Assembly (NCBI RefSeq): GCF_006345805.1
Contig: NC_042998.1
Location: forward strand, 22,940,001 to 23,004,000
DNA length: 64,000 bases
DNA from: Octopus sinensis
Taxonomy: Eukaryota
Reading direction: 5' to 3'
Within the stretch, counting starts at the first letter, position 1; every line of letters begins with the position of its first letter. The notes beneath the pieces are model-generated. The model was not told the DNA's origin, did not search any database, and was given only the letters and a program-made list of their open reading frames with translations. This document shows, piece after piece, positions 51,274 to 63,067 of the stretch. Made by a program: the position numbers and the translations under genes.

Positions 51274-51853
51274 TTAAAACAAAGAGCTTTTATCATGATA
51301 TCAGGAGCAATCTCATGTAGGTTGCTATCAAAAGGGTTAATTACTAAAATATACTAGTATGGTAAATATCATTCAGTTATTTTTGGTATTCTTAAACCCT
51401 TTCAATACCAACTTGTTCATGACTATTTCTTTACTACCCACAAGTGGCTAAACATAGAGGGGACAAACATGGACAGACAAAGGGATTAAGTCGATTATAT
51501 CAACCCCAGTGCGTAACTGGTACTTAATTTATCAACCCCGAAAGGATGAAAGGCAAAGTTGACCTTGGTGGAATTTGAACTCAGAACGTAACGGCATGCC
51601 AACGTTTCTGCCAGCTTGCTGCCTTCATTACTATTTCTACCTGTAGAATACAAAATCTTTTGTTTTAGTGTTTATATTTAAATAAAAACTTTTCATTTTT
51701 TTTAAATATTCATAACCATTCTGTCGGTTACATTCAAATCATAGCTTCATAAAAATTTTATACTATTTTACTAAATGCTTCCAAATTTTTGATCACTTCC
51801 AAAATTAATTGAAACACACAAATATTTGTGGAGTGCATTTTATAAGAAAAGTT

Positions 51854-52400
51854 ATAATAATAATAATAATGAAATTATTGTATACAGTGCTCAGGTGCAC
51901 CACAACTTGTCAGAAAGTGCATATAAAGTACATGCAGTAGTGTAGAAATGTCTGGGTGTATGGAGGGGAGAAAATCATGTATAGTGTTGGCGAATCTCAG
52001 GAAGCATGGAAGTCTTGAAGGAAGCAGTGCTCCGACAACTAACAACCGATGTCGGCAGTTTGTTCCACGCTTCAGCAACTCTCAGCGTGAAAAAATGTTT
52101 CCTGAAGTCATGGGAGCTGTGCTGTCTTCTTACTTTGTAAATATGTCCACGGGTGTTAGATGGGTGGAGTTTGAAGAGGTGCTCAGAGTTATTGTTTGTG
52201 CGATGGTTGATAATTTTATGGGTGTCTGCCAAGTCAGCTGCCAGACGTCGGAGTTTCAATGTGTCCATGCCCAGGGAGGTAAGGCGTTCAGGATATGGCA
52301 AATGCCTGATGGAGGGTATTCTTTTGGTTGCACGTCGCTGAACAGCTTCCAGACGATTGATGTCCTGGGCAAGATAGGGGCTCCAGATGGAAGAGCTAAT
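51854..52400 (-). mobile_element. CR1/L2-group LINE 3' fragment
   Basis: ORF 51975-52412 LEAVQRRATKRIP.IRHL.Y.ERL..L....L..RR...DL...HKI; homologous to 241-726. Confidence 0.9.
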
Positions 52401-52533
52401 TAGAAATTTCAAAAGAGGAACAAAAAAGTAAAGCTGCAGATTTTAAAAAATATTGCTATTTTCTAAATCACTTTGAATGTGCCATGTTTTTCAACAACAC
52501 CTTCTTGACTCTACAATTATCTACTTTTGTCAG

Positions 52534-52667
52534 AGATTACCGGAATGTTGATTTAGTGGAACAGACGAACGACAGTGATTCAGACTACCATCCTTCAGAG
52601 GCAGAACCAAAAGCACCCAAAAAACGGAAAGTTACTCCAGCTCCAACTTCTACTGGACGGAGACCAG
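52534..52667 (+). CDS. AT-hook/ZnF gene coding exon 2 (acidic patch, NLS PKKRKV, first half of AT-hook)
   Basis: ttttgtcAG|A GAT TAC...CCA G|GTAAAT; 134 nt; phase 2 in, phase 1 out; joins PYKF-R-DYRN. Confidence 0.85.
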
Positions 52668-52745
52668 GTAAATGCTGTATACTCACTCCTTTACAATTTC
52701 AGCTGTTGTTTCATGTTTTTCTTTTTGGTATGCTATCATATATGT

Positions 52746-53129
52746 GTGGAAGCACTCCGTCGGTTACGACGACGAGGGTTCTGGTTGATCCGATCAACGG
52801 AACAGCCTGCTCGTGAAATTAACGTGTAAGTGGCTGAGCACTCCACAGACACGTGTACCCTTAATGTAGTTCTCGGGGATATTCAGCGTGACACAGAGAG
52901 TGACAAGGCCGGCCCCTTGAAATACAGGTACAACAGAAACAGGAAGTAAGAGTGAGAGAAAGTTGTGGTGAAAGAGTACAGCAGGGATCACCACCATCCC
53001 CTGCCGGAGCCTCGTGGAGCTTTAGGTGTTTTCGCTCAATAAACACTCACAACGCCCGGTCTGGGAATCGAAACTGCGATCCTACGACCGCGAGTCCGCT
53101 GCCCTAACCACTGGGCCATTGCGCCTCCG
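52746..53129 (-). mobile_element. tRNA(Arg-like)-derived SINE, distinct family, full length
   Basis: Minus head GGAGGCGCAATGGCCCAGTGGTTAGGGCAGCGGACTCGCGG..GGTTTCGATTCCC; TSD TCATATATGT (52736-52745 and 53130-53139). Confidence 0.85.
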
Positions 53130-53289
53130 TCATATATGTAATGATTATAGAAATGTTTGGGAATCGGTTTCAGTGAAGGCTAAAAGATGTACAGTAAGGG
53201 TTGTACCAAAATAAATTGACAAAGGTAAAAAGTAACTTTTCACAGATTTTATTCAGCCATTACAGTTTGTATAATACATTGCTAGTGGA

Positions 53290-54227
53290 GCGTTAAGAGC
53301 ACCATCCGAGCGTGATCGTTGCCAGAGCAGCTAACTGGCTTCCATGCCTGTGGCATGTAAAAAGCACCATTCGAGCGTGATCGTTGCCAGTGTTGCCTTA
53401 ATGGCACTTGTGCTGGTGGCACATGAAAAATCATTCAAGCGAGGTCGTTGTCAGTGCCGCTAGACTGGCTCCTGTGCAGCTGGCATGTAAAAAACACCAT
53501 TTTGAGCATGGCCGTTGCCAAGTACCACCCAACTGGCCCTTGTGCCGGTGGCACGTAAAAGCACCCATGACACTCATGGAGTGGTTGGCGTTAGGAAGAG
53601 CATTCAGCTGTAGAAACTCTGCTAAATCAAGATTGGAGCCTGGTGCAGCCATCTGGTTTGCCAGTCCTCAGTCAAATCGTCCAGCTCATGCTAGCATGGA
53701 GAGCTGACGTTAAACGATGATGATGATGATGATGATGACTGAAGCTTGTGGCAGTCAACTGTTTTCGAATGGGAGGAGGATGATAATAATTATTTCAAAT
53801 TTTTGCCACAAGGGCAGCTTGAGGGAGGTGGGGATGAGTTGATTACATTGACCTCAGTGTTTAACTGGTACTTATTTTATCGACCCTGAAAGGATGAAAG
53901 GTAAAGTCGACCTTGGCAGAATTTGAACTCAGAACATAGCGATGAGCGACATACCGCTATGCATTTCATCCAATTTGCTAACAATTCTGCCAGTTCGCTG
54001 CCTTGAAGGGAATGATAATAATCCTTTCTATTATAGGCACAAGGCCTGAAATTTTGGGGGTGAAGATAAATCGACCCGAGTACATAACTGGTACTTAATT
54101 TATTGACCCTAAAAGGATGAAGGGCAAAGTCGACCTCGGCGGAATTTGAACTCAGAACATAATGACGAGTGAAATACCATTAAGCATTTCATCCGATTTG
54201 TTAACGATTCTGCCAGCTTGCCGCCTT
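53290..54227. mobile_element. Family C with ~5 internal tandem units (53290-53738 +) and two family B copies (53790-54227 -)
   Basis: Family motifs. Confidence 0.8.
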
Positions 54228-54698
54228 GAGGATGATGATGATGATAACGACGAGGCTTACACAGCAGAAAAGTTATCGTTTGTCTCAGTGTAGGTGCTAG
54301 AAAGTGACAGAAGTGAAGTAAGAATGAAGAAGAGGTTGTTTGAGAAAACTTGGATGGGATTTGGATTTACACCTGTTTGGAAGTTAAAAGTAGGTCAACG
54401 AATGAAACAAGGGGAAAAGGTTTATCTGAGTTGAACAGAATTTATACTCACACACTCCCACACGTGAATGGATGGATGGATGAATAGATAAAAGAAACTG
54501 ATATATGTGTATGTCGCACAATCCTCTATAATTTTAGTAGAGCAGAATTAGAACAGTTTAACATGTAGGGGGCCTCCCCCACTCACAAAAATAGACTTAA
54601 TGACATAACTGAGATACAAGAGCTTCTGTTGAAAATTGATACTGTGTTATAAGTCTGTTTACTACTTGTCCTACATTAACAGCTCACCCATATATATG

Positions 54699-54729
<31 letters not shown>

Positions 54730-54734
54730 ATATA

Positions 54735-54765
<31 letters not shown>

Positions 54766-54792
54766 GTGTGTGTGTGTGTATATGTATATATA

Positions 54793-54994
54793 CTCTTTTA
54801 CTTGTTTCAGTCTTTTGACTGCGGCCATGCTGGAGCACCGCCTTTAGTCGAGCAACTCAATCCTGGGACTTATTCTTTTGTAAGCCCAGTACTTATTCTA
54901 TCGGTCTCTTTTGCCGAACCGCTAAGTAACGGGGACGTAAACACACCAGCATCGGTTGTCAAGCAATGCTAGGGGGGCAAACACAGACACACAA

Positions 54995-55037
<43 letters not shown>

Positions 55038-55191
55038 CGACGGGCTTCTTTCAGTTTCCTTCTACCAAATCCACTCACAAGGCTTTGGTTGGCCCGAGGC
55101 TATAGTAGCCCAAGGTGCCATGCAGTGGGATTGAACCCAGAACCATGTGGTTGGTAAGGAAGCTACTTACCACACAGCCACTCCTGCACCT
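54793..55191 (-). mobile_element. SINE family A
   Basis: Full-length match. Confidence 0.85.
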
Positions 55192-55334
55192 ATATATATA
55201 TATATATATTGTTAATGTTTGTTTTTATGGTCAGTTATAATAAAAACAATTTTGCATTAGTGTATTATAAACGTGTCTTTGATGGCACAACAGTGCAAAG
55301 TGGACTATAATAACTGTTTTAATTTAATTATTCA

Positions 55335-55519
55335 TAGTCTGATATAATATTTCGGAATATAAAAATTCCTTCTTCAGATATTGCTAGGAATTGATCAAGT
55401 CACTGCTATTATCGTTTTTTTTTTTTTTATCTATCCATCCGATTATAGAAGTGGCTCGATCAATTCCTAGCAATATCTGAAGAAGGAATTTTTATATTTC
55501 AAAATATTATATTAGACTA
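55335..55519. repeat. Palindrome (~80-bp arms, ~25-nt loop)
   Basis: TAGTCT..AATTCCTTCTTCAGATATTGCTAGGAATTGATC mirrored at 55440-55519. Confidence 0.9.
55341..55384 (-). ncRNA. Minimal type I hammerhead-like motif
   Basis: gcaAUAU CUGAAGA A GGAAU uuuuau AUUCC GAA AUAU U AUAUc; short stem I. Confidence 0.5.
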
Positions 55520-56684
55520 TCATCATCATCATCATTTAACATCCGTTTTCCATGCTAGCATGGGTTGGACGGTTCAACTGGCGTCTGGGAAGCCAGAAGG
55601 CTGCGCCAGGTCCAGTCTGATCTCGCAGTGTTTCTACAGCTGGATGCCCTTCCTAACGCCAACCACTCCGAGAGTGTAGTGGGTGCTCTTTATGTGCCAC
55701 CTGCACAGGTGCCAGACGAGGCTGGCAAACGGCCACGCTCAGATGGTGCGAATAATTAAATTATAACAACCCATGCTAGCATGGAAAGCAAACATTAAAC
55801 AATGATGATGAGTTATTATAGTTCACTCTGCATTGTTGTGCCATAAGACATGTTATATTTCACAAACAATACACAATCCTTCCAGCGGACCACAATACTC
55901 TCCTAATTTTTACATTAATCCAATGAGTTATTCTAACTTTTGTAGAGTACAAATTTATTATTCTTAAGCCAGAATTTTATTGATAGTGACTTCAAAGTTT
56001 CAGCAAGTCTAGCTATCGTAGGGAGAACTTCAATGCATTGGAAGTTACTCTTGACTTTATATAGTGTCTGTTCATTTAAAATCTTCCTTGGGTGTGTGGG
56101 TTTGAGTGAGGGACTTTAACTCCTATTTCTAAACAGGTTGATGCTTCGGGCTAATTTAAAATTTAATAGCTATATAATGCTATTAAACCTGGAACCGCCT
56201 ATGTTATTGTTGTTAATATCATCAATTAGAAATATTCACCACAGATAATATTAACAATAGTAATATCTTATTCCAAATGTAAACATTTGAATATTTGCAT
56301 ATATATATATATCATCATCATCATCATTTAGCGCCCGCTTTCCATGCTAGCATGGGTTGGACGGTTCAACTGGGGTCTGGGAAGCCAGAAGGCTGCACCA
56401 GTCTGATCTGGCAGTGCTTCTATGGCTGGATGCCCTTCCTAACGCCAACCACTCCGTGAGTGTAGTGGGTGCTTTTTACGTGCCACCCGCACAAGTGCCA
56501 GACGGGGCTGGCAAACGGCCACAGACGGATGGTGCTTTTTACGTGCCACCGGCAGGGGGGCCAGTCGGGGCAGCGCTGGCAACGGACACGGTCGGGTGGT
56601 GCTTTTTACGTGCCACCAGCACGGGGGCCAGTCAAGGCGGCGCTGGCAACGGACACGGTCGGGTGGTGCTTTTTACGTGCCACC
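55519..56684 (-). mobile_element. Family C copies (55519-55760 with inverted end 55768-55810; 56311-56684)
   Basis: Family motifs, (CAT)n tails. Confidence 0.8.
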
Positions 56685-57216
56685 GGATCAAATCCACTTC
56701 ATGCAGTAGAATATTTGGTTTGTGTTCTCTTCGTTGTTAGTAGTAATTGCTGAGAGTGATAGAATGATGTTGTAAGAGAACAGGGTTCAAGCTAGTGAGA
56801 GCGAGAGAGTGTGGGACGTTGTCAGAAGTTGCTGGTAGGAATTAAATGCTAGCAGTCCTTTCCTTACTAATTGAGTCGTCACGTTATGCCTTGTTCAGTT
56901 GCCGACAAGTTACTGATTTTTGCTTGGGATGTGCTTGCTTATATTAAGATCCAGAAGGATAGATATATCATTGAGAACAATAGATCTGGTTGGTGGTCTT
57001 GTTACCTCTATTCTAGCTTATGGTGAAGTAGAAGATGTTAGAAAGGGTCAAGTGGTGAAGACATTATTTTGGCCTAGCTAATGCATCTGGGAAATGTAAA
57101 ACTGCTGTCAGAGAAAAACCATTGTTCCATCGCGGGGGGGGGGGGTTTCTGTAGCAGTGTTGATTTAAATTTGGCTATGGTGGATCAAATCCACTTCATG
57201 CTTGCAGGATTCGCTA
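56685..57216 (+). mobile_element. LTR-like repeat homologous to 9295-9810
   Basis: Reverse-complement homology; 20-bp direct repeat GGATCAAATCCACTTCATGC at 56685 and 57182. Confidence 0.6.
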
Positions 57217-57357
57217 TATATATATATATATATATATATTCCAGATTTTATATGAATTAATATTTACATTTTCCGGGTTTTTCCTATATAAGTAACTTTA
57301 TCAATTTAATATCATTTTCTGTATGCCTCTACCTATTTTCATTCTGGTAGGATAACA

Positions 57358-57750
57358 TAGGTGCAGGAGTGGCTGTGTGGTAAGTAGCTTGCTTACCAAC
57401 CACATGGTTCCGGGTTCAGTCCCACTGCGTGGCATCTTGGGCAAGTGTCTTCTGCTATAGCCCCAGGCCAACCAATGCTTTGTGAGTGGATTTGGTAGAC
57501 GGAAACTGAAAGAAGCCTGTCGTATATATCTATATATATGTGTATGTGTTTGTGTTTGTCCCCCTAGCATTGCTTGACAACCGATGCTGGTGTGTTTACG
57601 TCCCCGTCACTTATCAGTTCGGCAAAGAGACCGATAAAATAAGTACTGGGCTTACAAAGAATAAGTCCCGGGGTCGATTTTCTCGACTAAAGGCGGTGCT
57701 CCAGCATGGCCGCAGTCAGATGACTGAAACAAGTAAAAGAGTAAAGAGAA
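57358..57750 (+). mobile_element. SINE family A
   Basis: Full-length match. Confidence 0.85.
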
Positions 57751-58038
57751 AGAGAGAGGCTGCTTTCTGACTGTCGTTGGCTCAAGCAAGATGCCATCAA
57801 GCTACAACACCATGTCCTTCCCAGCTAAAATCTTCAATGATACTGCAACATACAAAATATAAATATCTAAACAATTAGGATGGGCTGCTCTCAAAAATAC
57901 TATTAATTTGAAAGGTTAATAACCTCATGTTGGAATGGTTGTTGTAAAGAAGCTTATAGTTTTTCAGGCTGTTAACCTCAGTGTTGGAGATGGGAGTAAC
58001 ATAATGTGGAAATGAAAGCCCTGTTCTTATTCTACAAA

Positions 58039-58403
58039 TCTCTCTATATATAAACAGCAAAATGTCTGTGTGTGTGTCCTTTATACAAATCCACAATTTT
58101 TCAGTTAGAGAGCTCGCACTTTCTATGGTCATTCAAAACCGTCCAAGGGTGGTCGTGCACATCTTTACATTTCCCCAGTCACTCCGCAAAGCCATTAAAA
58201 AATCAATAGAAGTGACTTTTTTTGTGAATTTTCTATCCAAAACCCAATCAAAATGCGCGAAACTTGATACGCCAATTGAATGCCAGCTAGCTGCATGTGA
58301 TTGGTCGGAGATTTGGACAGTACTCGCGTGTATGTGCACACGCACGCAGCTGTATATGCATGCAATAGCATTATGACCCGGCATTGCCGGGTCATAGTGT
58401 TAG
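58039..58403 (+). mobile_element. Non-autonomous Helitron family H3
   Basis: A|TC start; perfect hairpin ATGACCCGGCA-T-TGCCGGGTCAT; TTAG|T end. Confidence 0.75.
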
Positions 58404-58844
58404 TCATTAAATAAAAACTATAAATTAATTTCCACTGAGATTAGGGTGCTGTACTAAAACTGAGCTTTATTCTAATTATAGAATCTCCCCTCTCTCCTTA
58501 TTTCTTATGAATAAACTCCATTTCATTCAGTTGATAATATATTCTGCTTGAGTTACTTTCTTAAGGAGCATCCACTATTAAAACCATGTGGCTCTTAAAA
58601 AGTTGATATAAAAATATCTTAAGATTTACAAACCTATCAGACCTATTTAATCTGTAATAGTGTATAAAAGAAAATGTTTATGGAAGTTTCTTTGTTTTTT
58701 TTACTTTTTCTGTTTACTCAAAACTGCTTCAAGTTTTATGAGTTGCTTTGAATGATTGGATTTAAATTAACCCTTGAGACCGAAATTAAAATCTCTATCA
58801 AATTATCATTACAACATAAATAATGAGATTTTAGTTGGTCAACA

Positions 58845-59852
58845 TAATCATCGTCATCATTTAATGTCCGCTTTCCATGCTGGCATAGGTTGGATGGTTT
58901 GACTGAGGGCTGGCAAGCCAGAAAGCTGTAACAGGCTCCAATCTAATCTGTCAAAGTTTCTACATCTGGATGCTTTTCCTAAAGCCAACCACTCTGAGTG
59001 TGTAGTGGATACTTTTTATGTGCCACCGGCACGGATGTCAGTCAGGTGGCACTGGCATCGATCACTCTTGAATGGTGCTTTTTATGTGCCACCAGCACAG
59101 AGCTAGTCAGGCAGCACAGGACCAGTCAGATGGCACTGGCATTGACTACGCTTGAATGGTGCTGTTTACATGCCACCAACACAGGGGCCAGTCAGGCAGC
59201 ACTGGCAACAACCACACTCAAATGGTGCTTTTTACATGCTATTATTATCAGACCGATCAGGCAGTAGTCATTAGCCATGACAACGACTTCACTTGCCTCA
59301 CCAGGTCTTTGCAAGTGTAGTTTATTGCCCAATGATTGAAGGGTACTCTTAAATGGGCTGGTTATGCAACACTGATATAGGTCACAGTTACAGTCTCACT
59401 TGGCTTGCCGGGTCTTCTCAAGCACAGCATAAAATAAACTAATCAATACATATACACAAACATACACACGTGTGTGTTTCTGTATGTGTGTGTGTGTGTA
59501 TATAAATTAGAAAAAAACACATTTTATCAATTCAAAATGAACAAGAAAATTACATATAATAGAAATATTAAAACTAAAATAACAATAATATACCGATGAT
59601 TAAGTAAATTGCAAAAAAAAAAAAAAATGTATATATTTGGTAGAATAATGACATGTGTTATTATATATATATATATATATATATATAGGCGCAGGAGTGG
59701 CTGTGTGGTAAGTAGCTTGCTAACCAACCACATGGTTCCGGGTTCAGTCCCACTGCGTGGCATCTTGGGCAAGTGTCTTCTGCTATAGCCCCAGGCCGAC
59801 CAATGCCTTGTGAGTGGATTTGGTAGACCGAAACTGAAAGAAGCCTGTTGCA

Positions 59853-59886
<34 letters not shown>

Positions 59887-60090
59887 TATGTGTGTTTGTC
59901 CCCCTAGCATTGCTTGACAACCGATGCTGGTGTGTTTAAGTCCCTGTCACTTAGCAGTTCGGCAAAAAGAGACCGATAGAATAAGTACTGGGCTTACAAA
60001 GAATAAGTCCCGGGGTCGATTTGCTCGACTAAAGGTGGTGCTCCAGCATGGCCGCAGTCAAATGACTGAAACAAGTAAAAGAGTAAAGAG
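58845..60090. mobile_element. Family C (58845-59430 -) and family A (59686-60090 +)
   Basis: Family motifs. Confidence 0.8.
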
Positions 60091-60091
60091 T

Positions 60092-60122
<31 letters not shown>

Positions 60123-60676
60123 CATCATTTTAACCTCCACTTTTTCCTTCTTGCATTGATGAGGTGGAATTTAATGAGGCTGTGCTTGTATCTATATAAG
60201 TATCATTCTCATCATTTAATATCCATTTTCTATGGTGGCATGACAAGATCTGGTGAGCTGCAGAACTGCCTTACACTCAAATGTCATGGTTTCTATGGCT
60301 TGATGCCTTTCCTAAAGTCAACCACTTTACATAGATATGAATATCATCATCATTCAACATCCACTTCCCATCATAGCATGGGTTAGAATGTTTGACAGGA
60401 GCTAGCAAGGCCAGAGAGCTGCCCCATCCTCCATTTGTCTGCTTTAGCCTGTTCTCTATGACAGGATGCCCTCCTTGGCACCAACGCATATTTAGCTAGA
60501 TATAAAGTTACTGATATTTTATTACACTCCTTACAAAAATTTTGATTATATTTAAAATTAATTAAAACATGTAACCAGTCTAACTCGTCACAGAATGGTT
60601 ATCAAATAAATTCTCAGAGCAAATCAGTTTTATATTTCTTTAAAAACTTTCTTGTCTTTTTTTTCCCATTTTTCAG

Positions 60677-60721
60677 GAAGGCCTCGGAAAGTTCGTCTTG
60701 AAAAAACTGAAAATGAACCTT
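60677..60721 (+). CDS. AT-hook/ZnF gene coding exon 3 (45 nt, G-RPRKVRLEKTENEP)
   Basis: ttttcccatttttcAG|GA AGG CCT CGG AAA...CCT T|GTAAGC; phase 1/1; completes RRPGRPRK. Confidence 0.85.
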
Positions 60722-61475
60722 GTAAGCATTTATTTGTATTAATTTTTTCATGTTTGTTTCATTTCAATCAAGATTTACTACTATCAACTTTATTTTTATA
60801 ATTAGTTATTACATGCTTTCATAAACGATATATTTGATATATTTAATGTATTGATTGTTTGAACTCAAAAGATGGTTCTGAAGAAAGTCCAGTGAACTGA
60901 TCAATGTCAGCATCCTTAAGAATCTTCATCATCATCATTTTAATGTCCACTTATCTGTGCTTGCACAGGGCAGATGGGATTTGTTGAAGCACCTTTTTTT
61001 TTTATTAGCTCTGGTTAATTCTAGAAGACATTTAAGTCATAAATCGCAATTTTTAAACTACAAAAATATTGACTGTTTTGAAAACGATTTTTTTTTTCAC
61101 ATTTCCCATGTATATCATTCATTGATATTTCATACAAATTTGCATTTAGTTTCAAAAAAACTAAAATGTTTATTATTGCAATTGAATAGAAAAGGATAAA
61201 CTTGCTTTTTCTCAGCGATCCCCATTTGGGAATTTTTTGAAAAATTCATCTTAATTTCCAAAATAATTCACATAGGAAGAAAATTTAAATACTATATATT
61301 ATTCTAACTCCTAAGACACCTGGCAAAGCCAAAAATTATGAATAAAATAATTTGGCAGTTAATGGGTTAAACCAATTATATCCAGTCTCAAGTATTCTAC
61401 CTATTTTCTGTTCAGACTGTCCAGATCTTGCCTCTCAAACCTACCCTACAATGTTGTTCTAAAAATAAACAATTA

Positions 61476-62290
61476 GGCACAGTAGTGGCTGTGTGGTAAG
61501 AAGCTTGCTTCCCAGTCACATGGTTCCAGGTTCAGTCCCACTGTGGCACCTTGGACAAGTGTCTTCTACTATAGCTTTGGACCGACCAAAGCCTTGTGAG
61601 TGGATTTGGTAGACAGAAACTAAAAGGAGCCCATTGTATATATATATATGTATATATATCTCTGTGTTTGTCTCCTGTCATCGCTTGACAAATGATGTTG
61701 ATGTGTTTATGTCCCTGTAACTTAGCAGTTCGGCAAAAGAGACTGATATAATAAGTACTAGGCTTACAAAGAATATGTCCTGGGGTTGATTTGTTCAACT
61801 AAAGGCGGTGCTCCAGCATGGCCGCATTCAAAATGACTGAAGCAAATTAAAGAATAAAAGACTAAAAAATCACATTATCATCCTCTTAACATACATTTTC
61901 CATGCTGGCATGGGTTGAACGGTTTAACAAGAGCTGGTCCGCTGAAGAGCACCTAAAGGTTCCCTGTCTGTTTTGGCATGGTTTCTATAACTGGATGCCC
62001 TTCCTAATGCCAACCACTTTACAGAGTGCACTGGGTGCTTTTTATGCAGCACAGGCAAGGGTGCTTTTTACATGGCACCAGCACCTATGAGCCCATAAGA
62101 ATTAGGGATGCTCAGCTGGAGAGGGATGCTGGGGACATACTTGTATGCAAGGACAACCTCAGTTTTACTTAGCTCGACATATCCTCTCAAGCACAGCAAA
62201 CTACCAGGAGTCTCGGCCCCCTGTCATCCCCTCTATGAGTCCCAATGTCTTTAGATCCTTTCTCGCCACTTCGTCTCACGTCTTCCTAGG
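61476..62290. mobile_element. Family A (61476-61860 +) and family C (61880-62290 -)
   Basis: Family motifs. Confidence 0.75.
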
Positions 62291-62589
62291 TCTATCCCTT
62301 CCATGTGTTCTCTCTACAATTAGAGATAGGCACCTCTTGATACTACTGTCTTCACTCATACATGTTATTAAAATTTATACATATATATTTTTCAATAATA
62401 TATTATTATTAATATTAGGAAATCAATATCAAAACTCCTCTGAAATATATACACGTGTGAAAAATATTTGTTGTATTAAAAATAGATAAATAAATAAATA
62501 TAAATACGTATAAAAATATATGTAAATATGTATAAGTATAAATATATAATGTATATGACAGTTTAAAAATTTTGAATTAATTATTTAAA

Positions 62590-62683
62590 GCATCTTACAA
62601 TCGTTTCACAGAAGTGTTGTCTCTATAATGAAATCCTATATTGATAAGCATTTATAGACAACGCTTCTGCTCTTCAGAGATAT
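62590..62683 (-). ncRNA. Type I hammerhead ribozyme-like motif with canonical core and long stem II
   Basis: auAUCU CUGAAGA GCAGAAGcGUUGUCU(loop)AGACAACaCUUCUGU GAA ACGAUUGU A AGAUGc; GUA cleavage triplet. Confidence 0.65.
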
Positions 62684-63067
62684 AAAATTTGAATTCTGTA
62701 TAACATATATATATATAAATACTTTAATAGTATTAATACTTTGATACAATTGAGCACTCAATATAAATTCAGTATATAATATTCTCATTGAATATATTTA
62801 ACTAAAGATTTATGTTATTAAAATTTCAAAGCTACAAGATAATGCCCGATTAATTCAAAACAGTGTGAATAAATAAGTGTTACATTTGAGGGGGTGATCC
62901 AAATGCTAAAGGGTTAATCGTAATTGGTCCACTGCTCGATCGGAACTGGCCTGGGGCTAAACAGCAACAAGAAAAGTGGGGAGACTAGACATTGCTGTCA
63001 TAAGTGCATGCATTCGTTTATCTTCATAGTAAGCCACATGTTGAAAGTTACATCGTTTTCATTACAG

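Noticed and set aside
53050-53128. tRNA-like sequence
   Set aside because: SINE head with no proper acceptor stem, followed by a SINE body and TSDs.
53290-53560. Regularly spaced GTGGCACGTAAAAAGCACC repeats resembling a CRISPR array
   Set aside because: The 'spacers' are homologous to each other, the context is eukaryotic and there are no cas genes; it is a retroelement minisatellite.
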